A stretch of DNA of 64,000 nt. It comes from an uncultured Corynebacterium sp. (lineage in GTDB: Bacteria > Actinomycetota > Actinomycetes > Mycobacteriales > Mycobacteriaceae). Location of the stretch: assembly GCF_946221935.1 (NCBI RefSeq), contig NZ_CAMIGN010000001.1, forward strand, positions 264,990 to 328,989, written 5' to 3'. Position numbers and translations under genes: made by a program. Below the pieces are notes generated by a model. That model was not told the origin of the DNA. It made no database searches and saw only the letters and a program-made list of their open reading frames with translations. Shown in pieces: positions 1 through 9,602 of this stretch; the stretch's first letter is position 1; every line of letters begins with the position of its first letter.

Positions 1-242
1 GCGTGGCGTGTGTGACCTTGCTTCTTTCCGGCCCGTTCTGGATCGGCTTGTTACTCGGGCCCGGCCTTGCCTGCTGCGCCACGCTCGGTGACCTCGTGGA
101 GTCGCAGTTCAAGCGCGATCTCGGCATCAAGGACATGTCAGGAATGCTGCCGGGACACGGTGGCCTCATGGATCGCCTGGATGGCATGCTGCCATCGGCG
201 ATGATCACCTGGGTCGTGCTGAATATGCTCAGCGGTGTGTAG
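1..242 (+). CDS. cdsA: Phosphatidate cytidylyltransferase CdsA, C-terminal fragment (5' end outside window)
   Basis: The translation contains the CDP-diacylglycerol synthase signature 'KRDLGIKDMSGMLPGHGGLMDRLD'. The position upstream of rlmN matches actinobacterial synteny. Confidence 0.75.
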   Translation, partial: VACVTLLLSGPFWIGLLLGPGLACCATLGDLVESQFKRDLGIKDMSGMLPGHGGLMDRLDGMLPSAMITWVVLNMLSGV

Positions 243-257
243 AAGGCGGAAGTGTAG

Positions 258-674
258 TTACTCCCGAACCTGCTTTCGTAGCTGTACGATGCGCACGCCT
301 CCAACCAGCGCCATAATCAGTGCTCCGATGATCGCTGCGATCAGCATGCCCACGCCAATTGGGAAGGTCATCGTCCATGCAAAGAGCTGCAGCTCGGCGG
401 ATTCTTGATTCTGGAGGATGAAAACGAGCAACACAATCAGCAGCAGCACACCGACGATCAATCCGACCCACGTGGTGCCCGCCAGGGATTTCTTAACCTC
501 GCGATGCTCTGGCTTTTGTACCGGTGCTGGAGTTGGTGTTGGAGTTGGTGTTGGAGTTGGTGTTGGGGTCGGTGCCGACGTTGGTCGTTGTACCGGTTCT
601 GGCGTCTTTTCTGGTGACGCCGACTGCGGTGTCGGCTCGGGCTGCTGATTTAGGTTCTCGTTCATACCCACCAT
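258..674 (-). CDS. Small membrane protein, LapA/DUF1049-like. It has an N-terminal Pro/Thr-rich (TP)n linker and a C-terminal pair of transmembrane helices.
   Basis: The 138-aa ORF has hydrophobic helices ('LIVGVLLLIVLLVFIL', 'IGVGMLIAAIIGALIMALVGG') followed by a basic tail. The (TP)10 segment is encoded by a tandem repeat. Confidence 0.5.
   Translation of the reverse strand: MVGMNENLNQQPEPTPQSASPEKTPEPVQRPTSAPTPTPTPTPTPTPTPAPVQKPEHREVKKSLAGTTWVGLIVGVLLLIVLLVFILQNQESAELQLFAWTMTFPIGVGMLIAAIIGALIMALVGGVRIVQLRKQVRE
524..600. repeat. Tandem hexa/dodecanucleotide repeat (GGNGTT)n encoding (Thr-Pro)n
   Basis: The plus strand reads 'ggtgctggagttggtgttggagttggtgttggagttggtgttggggtcggtgcc...'. On the minus strand this translates to 'PTPTPTPTPTPTPTPAP'. 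Confidence 0.8.
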
Positions 675-740
675 TCAACGGCAAAAGCACCCTGGGTTCA
701 GATTTCGGCGATGTGAGGGTTACCCCCGGCCCGTGCAATA

Positions 741-1850
741 ATGGGGCGCATAATGGCTACACCAGTGAAACTTCAGTTTGCAGCACCCAAAAGGGGAATG
801 CCGCCGGCGCATATGGCGGATTTTGATTCGGAGACCTTGCAGCAGAAGGTCCAGGAGCTCGGTTTGCCGAAGTTCCGGGCAGATCAGATTCGGCGTCAAT
901 ACTTCGGCCGCCTGCAGGGTGACCCGATGAAGATGACGGATCTGCCCGAGGCGAAGCGCGCAGCGGTGAAGGAGGCGCTGTTCCCAGAGCTTATGCAGCC
1001 CATCCGCAACATGGAGGCCGACGACGGGGAGACGCGGAAGACCTTGTGGCGCTTGCACGATGGCACGATGCTGGAAAGCGTTCTCATGCGCTACCCGGAT
1101 CGGGCGACGTTGTGCATTTCCTCTCAGGCCGGCTGCGGTATGGCCTGTCCCTTCTGTGCGACGGGGCAGGGAGGACTGGACCGTAACCTATCCATCGGTG
1201 AAATGGTGGAACAGGCTCGCGCAGCTGCTGAGGTAATGCAGGACGAGGGCGGGCGCCTCTCCAATATTGTTTTTATGGGTATGGGTGAGCCGCTGGCGAA
1301 CTATAAGCGCGTGGTGGAGACGATCCACAAGATCTCCGCTCCAGCTCCGGATGGCTTTGGCATTTCCCAGCGCAACATCACTGTCTCGACGGTGGGGCTG
1401 GCCCCGGCGATTCGCAAATTGGCGGACGAGCAGATGAAGGTTCGTCTGGCGGTTTCGCTCCACACTCCGGACGACGAGCTGCGCGATGAACTCGTTCCCG
1501 TCAACAACCGTTGGTCGGTGGAGGAGGTACTGGATGCTGCCCGTTATTACGCCGACACCTCCGGGCGCCGCGTTTCCATCGAGTACGCCTTGATCCGCGA
1601 TATGAATGATCAGCCTTGGCGCGCCGACCTACTGGGCAAGAAATTGCGTGGGGCGCTGGGCACGAAGGTGCATGTGAACGTTATTCCACTGAACCCAACT
1701 CCAGGCTCGAAGTGGGATGCCTCGCCAAAGGAAAGGCAGGATGAGTTCGTCCGCCGTGTGGAGGCTCAAGGTGTGCCCTGTACGGTGCGTGACACCAAGG
1801 GGCAGGAAATTGCCGCTGCCTGTGGCCAGCTAGCGGCAGAGGAACGGTAA
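741..1850 (+). CDS. rlmN: 23S rRNA (adenine2503-C2)-methyltransferase RlmN (radical SAM)
   Basis: The radical-SAM cysteine motif '[19 protein letters not shown]' is present. The N-terminal region '[10 protein letters not shown]' and overall length of 369 aa are typical. Confidence 0.9.
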   Translation: MGRIMATPVKLQFAAPKRGMPPAHMADFDSETLQQKVQELGLPKFRADQIRRQYFGRLQGDPMKMTDLPEAKRAAVKEALFPELMQPIRNMEADDGETRKTLWRLHDGTMLESVLMRYPDRATLCISSQAGCGMACPFCATGQGGLDRNLSIGEMVEQARAAAEVMQDEGGRLSNIVFMGMGEPLANYKRVVETIHKISAPAPDGFGISQRNITVSTVGLAPAIRKLADEQMKVRLAVSLHTPDDELRDELVPVNNRWSVEEVLDAARYYADTSGRRVSIEYALIRDMNDQPWRADLLGKKLRGALGTKVHVNVIPLNPTPGSKWDASPKERQDEFVRRVEAQGVPCTVRDTKGQEIAAACGQLAAEER

Positions 1851-1854
1851 AAAA

Positions 1855-1882
1855 CTGCGCAGGCTGTTGGGAGCCTGCGCAG
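1855..1882. terminator. GC-rich hairpin between convergent genes. It carries an A-run on one side, which is a U-run for the minus-strand transcript.
   Basis: 'ctgcgcaggct gttggg agcctgcgcag' is a perfect 11-bp stem. It is preceded by 'aaaaa' on the plus strand, which is the trailing U-tract for the minus-strand gene ending at 1902. Confidence 0.5.
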
Positions 1883-1901
1883 TGTAAGGGGGGAGCTAAA
1901 A

Positions 1902-2306
1902 CTAGCGGGTTACCGATGCCGGATCGATGTTCTGTGCACGCAGCTCATCGTCGGACAGGTTGGAGTATGCGCCCGTGAGGTTCAGCTGGTCAGCGGACCA
2001 TACCGGCTCTACGTGCCCCTCGGGCTTGTTGCGAGCGGTCACAGTCTTGCGGGGCTTGCCCAAAGACGGACGAGCAGCCCACAGACCCACACCGAGAAAG
2101 ACCACAACTGCCAGGGCGATCAGCCAGATGTTTTCCACATTGCCCTTGTGGTTGCCGAACAGCATGCCCAGCAAGAACAGGCCGCCGATAACACCGGCGG
2201 TGATGATTCCGCGACGCGGAAGCTCGCTCCAGCCCCAAGCCGCAGACGGAACGTCCGCGGTGGATACGCCGTTGTAAACTTCAGCTTCCTTAGAGTGGTG
2301 CGCCAC
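1902..2306 (-). CDS. Small conserved membrane protein, DUF2631-like
   Basis: The 134-aa ORF has an 'AAWGWSE' motif followed by two transmembrane helices. It sits between rlmN and dxr, as in other Corynebacteriales. The family assignment is from memory. Confidence 0.45.
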   Translation of the reverse strand: MAHHSKEAEVYNGVSTADVPSAAWGWSELPRRGIITAGVIGGLFLLGMLFGNHKGNVENIWLIALAVVVFLGVGLWAARPSLGKPRKTVTARNKPEGHVEPVWSADQLNLTGAYSNLSDDELRAQNIDPASVTR

Positions 2307-2457
2307 CGTTTCCTCCTGAAGGTCAAAAAAATCTATCTCTCGTATTTTGACACATCGCGCCCGGTTTTTCCCTATCCGGACGTGTGCGTGCCCAGGAAAG
2401 TACCCAATTTAGGTGTGGAGGCGGGGCGTCCAGAAGAAAAGAAATAGAATAGGCCGC

Positions 2458-3639
2458 GTGAAAAAGCGAGTAATAGTCCTTGGCAGCACCGGTTCCATCG
2501 GCACACAGGCACTAGAGGTCATAGCGGATAACCCGGAGCGATTCGAGCTTGTAGGCATCTCCGCACACGGCTCCAAACCCGACGTGTTGGCGCAGCAGGT
2601 GCGCGAGTTTGGCCTGGACCTGCAATGCGTTGCTGTGGCCTCGGCGCGCACGGCGGATTGGTTGGACGGGGAATTCGGCAGCCGTTGCATCCGCGGGAAG
2701 GACTCCGCCCGCATGCTGGTCGAGGAAATCGGCCCGACGCTGGGGGAGAGCGACGTCATCCTTAATGCCCTCGTCGGCTCTTTGGGGCTTGACGCCACGT
2801 TGGCGACACTCGGCACGCAGGCCAAACTCGCCCTTGCTAACAAAGAATCGCTCGTCGCTGGCGGCCAGCTCGTGTTGAAAGCCGCGGACTCGGATCAGTT
2901 GATTCCCGTGGATTCTGAACACTCTGCAATGGCTCAGTGCCTCCGTTCAGGGCGGGTAGATGAAGTGGACTCCCTAGTTCTGACAGCTTCCGGCGGCCCG
3001 TTCCGTGGCTATACGCGTGCGCAGTTGGAGGACGTCACTCCGCTGCAGGCCGCCAACCATCCCACCTGGTCTATGGGGCAAATGAATACTCTGAACTCGG
3101 CCACCATGGTGAACAAGGGCCTGGAGCTCATTGAAGCAAGCCTGCTGTTCGGTATTCCCGCGGAAAAGATCGAAGTGACCGTTCACCCGCAGTCGATCGT
3201 GCACTCCATGGTTACTTTCATCGATGGTGCGACCATCGCTCAGGCCTCCCCACCATCGATGAAGCTGCCGATCTCGCTAGCTCTCGGCTGGCCGGATCGA
3301 ATTGCCGACGCCCAACCCAAGCTGGACTTTTCCGGTGCCACCGACTGGCACTTCGAGCCCTTGGACGATGATGTCTTCCCGGCCGTGATGTTGGCGCGCC
3401 AGGCAGTCACTTCCGGCGGCACCATGCCTGCGGTCTATAATGCAGCGAACGAGGAAGCTGCTGTCGAGTTCCTAAACGGCAGGCTTAGCTTCCCCCGCAT
3501 CGTGGATACGGTCGCAGCAACCATGGAGGCCTGCCAGCACCTGTCCGCCGAACCCAATGACTTGGAGGATGTGCTGGCCGCGGAGCGCGAAGCTCGGGCG
3601 AAGGCACACGAAAGGATGGCCACGTGGCTTTCGGACTAG
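2458..3639 (+). CDS. dxr: 1-deoxy-D-xylulose 5-phosphate reductoisomerase Dxr
   Basis: The NADPH-binding N-terminus '[20 protein letters not shown]' is present. A GTG start at 2458 gives the canonical N-terminus. The track ORF extends to 2413 with an implausible R/K-rich leader. Confidence 0.9.
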   Translation: MKKRVIVLGSTGSIGTQALEVIADNPERFELVGISAHGSKPDVLAQQVREFGLDLQCVAVASARTADWLDGEFGSRCIRGKDSARMLVEEIGPTLGESDVILNALVGSLGLDATLATLGTQAKLALANKESLVAGGQLVLKAADSDQLIPVDSEHSAMAQCLRSGRVDEVDSLVLTASGGPFRGYTRAQLEDVTPLQAANHPTWSMGQMNTLNSATMVNKGLELIEASLLFGIPAEKIEVTVHPQSIVHSMVTFIDGATIAQASPPSMKLPISLALGWPDRIADAQPKLDFSGATDWHFEPLDDDVFPAVMLARQAVTSGGTMPAVYNAANEEAAVEFLNGRLSFPRIVDTVAATMEACQHLSAEPNDLEDVLAAEREARAKAHERMATWLSD

Positions 3640-4868
3640 GGGTACTTCTCTTCGCTCTAGGCATTGCCCTTTCCATCGCCCTGCACGAGGCAGGGCACCT
3701 TATCGCCGCCCGTATGTCCGGCATGCGGGTGAGGCGCTACTTCATCGGCTTTGGCCCGACGCTCTTTAGCTTCCGCAAGGGACACACTGAGTACGGGCTG
3801 AAAGCCATTCCCCTCGGCGGCTTTTGTGACATCGCCGGCATGACGAAGCTGGATGATATGACCGACGAGGAGCGCCCGTACGCCATGTACGACAAACCGG
3901 CGCACCGTCGCATCTTCGTGATGCTGGGCGGCATCATCATGAACATCCTTCTGGCACTGGGAATTCTCTATGGAGTGGCTCTGGCCTGGGGACTGCCGGA
4001 TCGCAGTGTGGTTTTCACTCCCACCGTCGAATCCACCCAGTGCGCCCCTGCAAACCAAAATGCGGACGGCACATTGCAGAAGTGTACGGGTGACGGGCCG
4101 GCGGCGGAGTCGGGCGTCAAGACCGGCGATACATTCCTTTCTGTCAACGGCGAAGAGACAGAAGATTTCCAAGCCTTCACTAAGGTCATTGCTGCCGAGG
4201 CCGAGCGCGCAAGCGACGACGGCAAGAAGGTCGGGGATCGCATTACCGTCCCCGCAGTCGTCGATCGCGGTGGTCAGCACAAGAATTTGGATCTCCAGAT
4301 TCAACTTGTTGAGCGAGTAAACTCCGCGGGCAACACCATGACCTCAGGTGCTGTCGGCATTCGGGCGAAGCGTCCACAGCTCGTGATGAATCACTACAAT
4401 CCCGCCAGCGCAGTCGGCGGAACCCTGGCCTTTACCGGGGGAATGGTCAATGACACTTTCCACGGACTCATTGAGCTGCCACAGCGCGTGCCCGGCGTGG
4501 TCGAATCCATCTTCGGTGGCCACCGTGCCGATGATTCTCCCATGAGTGTGGTGGGTGCTTCTCGCGTTGGTGGAGAGTTGGTGCAGTACCAGCAGTGGAT
4601 GAGCTTCCTTTTGACCTTGGCGAGCCTGAATCTCTTCCTCGCCGCCTTTAACCTGGTGCCGCTGCCCCCGCTGGACGGCGGTCATATTGCCGTAGTGATC
4701 TACGAAAAGATTCGGGATTTCTTCCGCCGTTTGCGCGGTAAGCAGCCGGGTGGTCCTGCTGACTACACCAAGCTCATGCCCCTGACCTATGCGGCCACAG
4801 CGGTTTTGTTGGTATTCGGCATCATTGTCATCATCGCCGATGTAGTGAACCCAATCCGGATCTTCTAG
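3624..4868 (+). CDS. rseP: Site-2 zinc metalloprotease RseP/Rip1 (M50 family)
   Basis: The HExxH motif '[12 protein letters not shown]' sits in the first transmembrane helix. There is a PDZ-like middle region and a C-terminal '[13 protein letters not shown]'. The GTG start overlaps the dxr 3' end by 16 nt. Confidence 0.85.
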   Translation: MAFGLGVLLFALGIALSIALHEAGHLIAARMSGMRVRRYFIGFGPTLFSFRKGHTEYGLKAIPLGGFCDIAGMTKLDDMTDEERPYAMYDKPAHRRIFVMLGGIIMNILLALGILYGVALAWGLPDRSVVFTPTVESTQCAPANQNADGTLQKCTGDGPAAESGVKTGDTFLSVNGEETEDFQAFTKVIAAEAERASDDGKKVGDRITVPAVVDRGGQHKNLDLQIQLVERVNSAGNTMTSGAVGIRAKRPQLVMNHYNPASAVGGTLAFTGGMVNDTFHGLIELPQRVPGVVESIFGGHRADDSPMSVVGASRVGGELVQYQQWMSFLLTLASLNLFLAAFNLVPLPPLDGGHIAVVIYEKIRDFFRRLRGKQPGGPADYTKLMPLTYAATAVLLVFGIIVIIADVVNPIRIF

Positions 4869-4931
4869 ATTCTCGCGGTAGAATCGGAAGGCAGTTTAAC
4901 GGCATTCACGACTGAAAGGTTGTCTTCGTTC

Positions 4932-6092
4932 ATGTCTGGTATTTCCCTGGGTATCCCCGACGGTCCGCCTCCGGTTTTGGCGCCGCGCCGCAAGACGCGC
5001 CAACTGATGGTCGGCGGGGTAGGGGTCGGCAGCGATCACCCTATCTCGGTGCAGTCGATGACCACGACGAAGACGCACGACGTCAACGCAACACTGCAGC
5101 AGATCGCTCAGCTGACCGCTTCCGGTTGCGATATTGTTCGCGTGGCGTGCCCGAAGACCGTCGACGCTGAGGCTCTGCCCGCTATTGCTAAGAAGTCCCC
5201 GATCCCGGTGATTGCGGATATTCACTTCCAGCCGAAGTACATCTTCAGCGCTATCGACGCTGGTTGTGCTGCGGTGCGCGTGAACCCGGGCAATATCAAG
5301 GAATTTGACGGTCGAGTTAAGGAAGTTGCCAAGGCTGCTGGGGACGCTGGCATTCCGATTCGCATTGGCGTTAACGCCGGCTCGCTGGACAAGCGCATCA
5401 TGGAAAAGTACGGAAAGGCCACGCCCGAGGCTCTTGTGGAGTCTGCACTGTGGGAGGCCAGCCTGTTTGAGGAGCACGGTTTCGGCGATATCGCGATTTC
5501 CGTCAAGCACAACGACCCGGTCGTGATGGTGGAGGCCTACCGCCAGCTTGCCGCTAAGTCGGATTACCCGCTGCACTTGGGAGTCACGGAAGCAGGCCCG
5601 GCTTTCCAAGGAACTATCAAGTCCTCCGTGGCTTTCGGTGCGCTGCTGGCCGAGGGCATCGGCGATACGATCCGCGTGTCTCTCTCCGCCGACCCTGTGG
5701 AGGAGATCAAGGTGGGCGACCAGATCCTGCAGTCGCTCAACCTGCGCCCCCGCAAACTGGAGATCGTGTCCTGCCCGTCCTGTGGCCGCGCCCAGGTGGA
5801 TGTGTACAAGTTGGCCGACGAGGTTACTGCGGGCCTCGAGGGCATGGAGTTCCCGCTGCGTGTGGCCGTTATGGGGTGCGTCGTGAATGGCCCGGGCGAG
5901 GCCCGTGACGCCGACTTGGGCGTGGCCTCCGGCAACGGTAAGGGACAAATTTTCGTCAAGGGTGAGGTCATCAAGACTGTGCCCGAGGATCAGATTGTGG
6001 AAACCCTCATCGAGGAAGCTATGCGCATCGCCGATGAGGAGGGCCTTGAGGCTGTCGAAGGCCAGAAGGCCGATGTGCGGGTGACTAACTAG
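4932..6092 (+). CDS. ispG: 4-hydroxy-3-methylbut-2-enyl diphosphate synthase IspG (GcpE)
   Basis: '[29 protein letters not shown]' and the C-terminal Fe-S domain 'SCPSCGR' are present. A start at ATG 4932 is favoured, with TTG 4920 as the alternative. Confidence 0.9.
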   Translation: MSGISLGIPDGPPPVLAPRRKTRQLMVGGVGVGSDHPISVQSMTTTKTHDVNATLQQIAQLTASGCDIVRVACPKTVDAEALPAIAKKSPIPVIADIHFQPKYIFSAIDAGCAAVRVNPGNIKEFDGRVKEVAKAAGDAGIPIRIGVNAGSLDKRIMEKYGKATPEALVESALWEASLFEEHGFGDIAISVKHNDPVVMVEAYRQLAAKSDYPLHLGVTEAGPAFQGTIKSSVAFGALLAEGIGDTIRVSLSADPVEEIKVGDQILQSLNLRPRKLEIVSCPSCGRAQVDVYKLADEVTAGLEGMEFPLRVAVMGCVVNGPGEARDADLGVASGNGKGQIFVKGEVIKTVPEDQIVETLIEEAMRIADEEGLEAVEGQKADVRVTN

Positions 6093-6807
6093 TCGCCATT
6101 TCTACCTCGCGGACCTTGCCGTCGACTAGCTCGATGCGGCGGTCCAGCCTGGTCAGCTGCTCCTGATCGTGGGAGACATAGAGCACAGGCGTGTGTCGCT
6201 CGCGCGCCAGATCCACGATCAATTCGGTGACTCGCTGTGCATTGGTGGTATCCAGGGCCGCGGTCGGCTCATCAACCAGCAGCAGGGAGGGGTCATTCAT
6301 TAGCGCGCGAGCCAGGTTTACACGAGCTTGCTGGCCGCCGGAAAGCTCGGAGACTTTCCCATCCTCGCGCCCTTCCAGGCCCACTTCCTTCAGCAAACGC
6401 TCGGCCTTTTCTTCCTGTTGACGCCACCTTTTCCCGCTGATACCGAATGGCTTATCCAGACGGTTCATCACCATGAGCTGTTCCTTAGCCGTCAGCGACG
6501 GCAGCAGGTTTGGCTGCTGGAACACGATGCCGAGGTGGCGACGACGGATTTCCGCTGCCTGGCGCCCCGCGACGGTGCCAAGTTCCAAAGTGGTTTCACC
6601 ATGCAGAACGGCGGAGCCGGAGGTAGCGGTTTCCAGGCAGCCGATAATGGACAGCAGAGTGGATTTACCGGAGCCGGAGGGGCCGGTGATGCCTACGACC
6701 TCACCGGGGTCAACGTTGAAAGAAACGTCCGTGAGTAGGTTGCGCTTTGTGGTGCCGTCGGTGATCTCGAGGGAGATGTTCTTTACTTCAAGTGCTGGGA
6801 AGATCAT
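6085..6807 (-). CDS. hrtA: ABC transporter ATP-binding protein. Inferred to be the heme exporter ATPase HrtA.
   Basis: Walker A '[12 protein letters not shown]', the ABC signature 'LSGGQQARV' and Walker B '[12 protein letters not shown]' are present. The start 'MIFPALEVK' overlaps the permease stop as ATGA. The upstream 97 codons of the track ORF are R/H-rich junk. The HrtA name comes from synteny with chrSA next to ispG, as in C. glutamicum and C. diphtheriae. Confidence 0.6.
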   Translation of the reverse strand: MIFPALEVKNISLEITDGTTKRNLLTDVSFNVDPGEVVGITGPSGSGKSTLLSIIGCLETATSGSAVLHGETTLELGTVAGRQAAEIRRRHLGIVFQQPNLLPSLTAKEQLMVMNRLDKPFGISGKRWRQQEEKAERLLKEVGLEGREDGKVSELSGGQQARVNLARALMNDPSLLLVDEPTAALDTTNAQRVTELIVDLARERHTPVLYVSHDQEQLTRLDRRIELVDGKVREVEMATS

Positions 6808-7724
6808 GAGTTCATTGCCTTTCGCGGATCGACCTTCATGACGGGGATGATGGATAGGCCGGCGCCGAGCAGACCCGCAAGCAGCAGGATGGCAGCCGGA
6901 ATAAGAGTGGTGTTGGTGGAGACATCCATGGGGATTCCCTCCAAGAACCCACCGACACCGACGGTGAGCAGGGTGCCCGCGGAAATGCCGACGATAAGGA
7001 CGACCAATGCTTGGCCGACGGCGTCGGTCAGGATGCTGGAGCGGGTACCACCCAGGGCGACGGTGATCGCTACGCCGCGTAGGCGCTGCATTGTCCACAC
7101 CGTGAAGAATGCGCCAAGCACCAGTGCGGAGATGACGTAGAGCAGTACGATCATCAGATTCAGGGAGGACTGCTCGCCCTTGTATGACGCGCTGGCATTC
7201 AGCGCCTCCTTGCCCTTCAACATGACCGTTCCGGTGATTGGCTCCGCGTCGTTGGAGACCACGCCAAAGGTGGAGCTGCCGGGCAGATTTTCTACCTCTT
7301 CGGTGCTCATCCAGTGGATGGGCTGGTGCTCTAGGTAAAGCTCTTCGCTGGGCTTGTTGCCGTTATCGGACATGGCGATGAATGACTGACCATCTGCATC
7401 TTTCGAGCGGGCCATAGTGACGACCTCGCCGCCACGGCTTTCAACCTCGCGGGCTTGGGCGTCACTAAGCGAACCAGTGCTGAGGGAAACAGTGCCGCCA
7501 GCATCGTTGAGCACGAGCTGTTGGTTGCTACCGACCTTGTACTCCAGTGCAGAGGCGGATTGGAAGCTCAGACCTGCGGATAGGGAGCTCAGCAGAGTGA
7601 CCATAGCGGTGATCAGCAAAACGGTGGTGATGATGAGCGCCGTCTTGCCGCGGGAACCGCGCAGTTCGCGTATCCCTTGGAACATAAATCCCCGGGTTGG
7701 GGTTAACGACTTATTGCTTAACAT
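6804..7724 (-). CDS. hrtB: FtsX-family ABC permease. Inferred to be the heme exporter permease HrtB.
   Basis: An N-terminal transmembrane helix is followed by a large extracytoplasmic domain and three C-terminal helices, ending in the FtsX-like 'VDPRKAMNS'. The canonical FtsX N-terminus 'MFQGIRELRGSRGKTALII' begins at the alternative start 7685. The start at 7724 has an adjacent AGGAG. The first 21 codons of the track ORF are unlikely to be coding. Confidence 0.6.
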   Translation of the reverse strand: MLSNKSLTPTRGFMFQGIRELRGSRGKTALIITTVLLITAMVTLLSSLSAGLSFQSASALEYKVGSNQQLVLNDAGGTVSLSTGSLSDAQAREVESRGGEVVTMARSKDADGQSFIAMSDNGNKPSEELYLEHQPIHWMSTEEVENLPGSSTFGVVSNDAEPITGTVMLKGKEALNASASYKGEQSSLNLMIVLLYVISALVLGAFFTVWTMQRLRGVAITVALGGTRSSILTDAVGQALVVLIVGISAGTLLTVGVGGFLEGIPMDVSTNTTLIPAAILLLAGLLGAGLSIIPVMKVDPRKAMNS

Positions 7725-7839
7725 GCTCCTAATTCTGCGCGGGCAATAAGAAAAGCACATCGGGCAAAGTAGTAGTCCTCGACTCATACTTTAGGTGGAG
7801 GCGGGCTACACCCTGCGCTCGCTAAACTTAGAAGCGACT
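7725..7839. promoter_or_regulatory. Divergent hrtBA / chrSA intergenic promoter region and presumed response-regulator operator
   Basis: This is about 115 bp between divergently transcribed permease and sensor-kinase genes. It contains short direct repeats 'ctgcgcgggca' and 'ctgcgctcgct'. No defined operator can be assigned from sequence alone. Confidence 0.35.
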
Positions 7840-8922
7840 ATGATTCACCAAGCTAAATCGAACAAGGTCGTAGCGCTGAATCGTGCGTGGTCCTACCTTG
7901 GGGTGGGCATACACCTGCTGATGGCGCTGCTGATGGCCGTGACGGTCATTAAGGACGGCTGGTCGTGGAATGCCGCCGCCCTGTGCTTCATCTATGTGAT
8001 GGGTCTGTGGCTGCGCCCCACTTGGCTGTGGCTGACTTTGGTTATCGCCACCTGGGCGTGCCTACTACTAGTTGCTCCGAGCGCGGCATTTATGGCGTTT
8101 GCGCTGTTCTTCCTATGCGTTGGTGTGCTACCAATGTGGCCAGCAATCGTCTGCAATGTAGTGGTGACGTTCCTGTCTATCTACCAGAGTGGCGAGGCCC
8201 TGGGGCCTATCGTTGCCGCAGTGGTGGCCACTGTCGTTGGCCTGGGCTTTAAAGAATTGCGCGACGAGGCCAGTGCCCGGGAGGCTGCGAGCCGACATGC
8301 CGGGGAGATGGGTGAGCGCACGCGCCTGGCAGGGGAGATCCACGATACGGTCGCACAAGGCCTAAGCTCCATTCACATGATTCTGCAGGCCGTAGAAAAG
8401 CGGGTGGAAGATCCGGAGATCCTGGAAGATCTTCGCCTCGCCCGCACAACTGCCGAGGACAACCTGGCGGAAACTCGGCGCATTATCGCAGCCCTGCAGC
8501 CCGGCCCGCTGGTCGGCGGTGACCTGCCTATCGCATTGGCTCGTGTGTGCTCCGGCACGCCGATGGGGGAATCCCTAAGCTTTGAGGTCGAGGGGGCGCC
8601 CTACGATCTGGATGAAAAGGCTGAACAGGAGCTGACGCGTATTACGCAATCGCTGGTTTCCAATGTGGTGAAGCACTCCGAGGCCACGCAGGCGCGAGTG
8701 ACCTTGACCTACCAGGAGGATCTACTGAGCCTGGATGTTGTCGACAATGGTCGTGGCATGGATGAGGAGCAGGTTCGCAAGATCGCCGCTGAAAAGCTGA
8801 GCCTCTCACCGCTAGGTCTAGCCGGTGTACGCCGCCGCGCTAACCTCATCGGCGCGACCATGCATGTAGAAAGCGCGCCCGATGCTGGCTGCGGCGTGTC
8901 TATCCAAATGCCGATCCGTTAG
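7840..8922 (+). CDS. chrS: Intramembrane-sensing histidine kinase with a HisKA_3/HATPase_c core. Inferred to be the heme sensor ChrS.
   Basis: About 5-6 N-terminal transmembrane helices have no periplasmic domain. The dimerisation/phospho-acceptor motif 'EIHDTVAQGLS' has the NarL-partner H-box, and the ATPase motif 'DNGRGM' is present. The alternative GTG start is at 7795. Confidence 0.6.
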   Translation: MIHQAKSNKVVALNRAWSYLGVGIHLLMALLMAVTVIKDGWSWNAAALCFIYVMGLWLRPTWLWLTLVIATWACLLLVAPSAAFMAFALFFLCVGVLPMWPAIVCNVVVTFLSIYQSGEALGPIVAAVVATVVGLGFKELRDEASAREAASRHAGEMGERTRLAGEIHDTVAQGLSSIHMILQAVEKRVEDPEILEDLRLARTTAEDNLAETRRIIAALQPGPLVGGDLPIALARVCSGTPMGESLSFEVEGAPYDLDEKAEQELTRITQSLVSNVVKHSEATQARVTLTYQEDLLSLDVVDNGRGMDEEQVRKIAAEKLSLSPLGLAGVRRRANLIGATMHVESAPDAGCGVSIQMPIR

Positions 8923-8931
8923 GAGTAGAGG

Positions 8932-9582
8932 ATGCCAGGAAATCTTCGCGTTCTGATCTGCGATGATCACCCGGTTGTTCGCGCTGGGATCGAGGCTATG
9001 CTGCGGGGAGCGAGCGATGTGGAGATCATCGGCTCCGTCGGTGAACCCGAGCAAGCCGTCGCAATTGCTGCCGCAGAGCAGCCCGATGTTGTGCTGATGG
9101 ATCTGCGTTTTGGCGAAGGCCCCGGCAGTGAGGGTGCCGAGTCCGGGGGAGCGTGGGCAACCCGTGCAATCCGCAAGAATAGACCTGCCCCGCAGGTGTT
9201 GATCCTGACCAACTACTCCACGGACAGTGACGTGCTCGGCGCTATTTCCGCTGGCGCAGTTGGTTACCTCCTTAAGGACTGTGCCCCAGAAGAACTGGCC
9301 GAGGGCATCCGCCAGGCCGCTGGCGGACAAACAGTGATGAACAATAACATCATCGGCAAGCTTCGGGGTCGCCTGGCCAATCCCTTTGAGTCCCTGACGA
9401 ACCGCGAGCAGGAGGTCCTTACGCTTGCTAGCCAAGGCCTGTCGAACCGCGCAATTGCGAAGAACTTGATCCTCACCGAGGCAACGGTGAAGTCCCACAT
9501 GGCGCATGTTTTCTCCAAACTCAACGTAAAAAATAGGACAGCTGCGGTTGCTGTGGCGAGGGAGCGCGGAATTATCGATTAG
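8932..9582 (+). CDS. chrA: NarL/LuxR-family response regulator. Inferred to be ChrA.
   Basis: The receiver domain 'VLICDDHPVVRAGIEAMLR…VVLMDLRFGEGPG' is followed by a C-terminal LuxR-type helix-turn-helix 'LTNREQEVLTLASQGLSNRAIAKNL'. AGGAG sits 6 nt upstream. Confidence 0.6.
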   Translation: MPGNLRVLICDDHPVVRAGIEAMLRGASDVEIIGSVGEPEQAVAIAAAEQPDVVLMDLRFGEGPGSEGAESGGAWATRAIRKNRPAPQVLILTNYSTDSDVLGAISAGAVGYLLKDCAPEELAEGIRQAAGGQTVMNNNIIGKLRGRLANPFESLTNREQEVLTLASQGLSNRAIAKNLILTEATVKSHMAHVFSKLNVKNRTAAVAVARERGIID

Positions 9583-9602
9583 CCCTGTTAATCTCTGAGG
9601 CT

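Noticed and set aside
6808-7098. A 97-codon N-terminal extension of the ABC ATPase ORF (MDNAAPTRRSDHRRPGWY…).
   Set aside because: It is R/H/P-rich with no similarity to ABC proteins. It overlaps the permease gene. The internal ATG at 6807 gives a canonical 241-aa ATPase, translationally coupled by an ATGA overlap.
7788-7800. 'TTAGGTGGAGG' looks like the start of a DtxR/IdeR iron box (TTAGGTTAGCCTAACCTAA).
   Set aside because: Only the first 6 nt match, and there is no palindromic partner.
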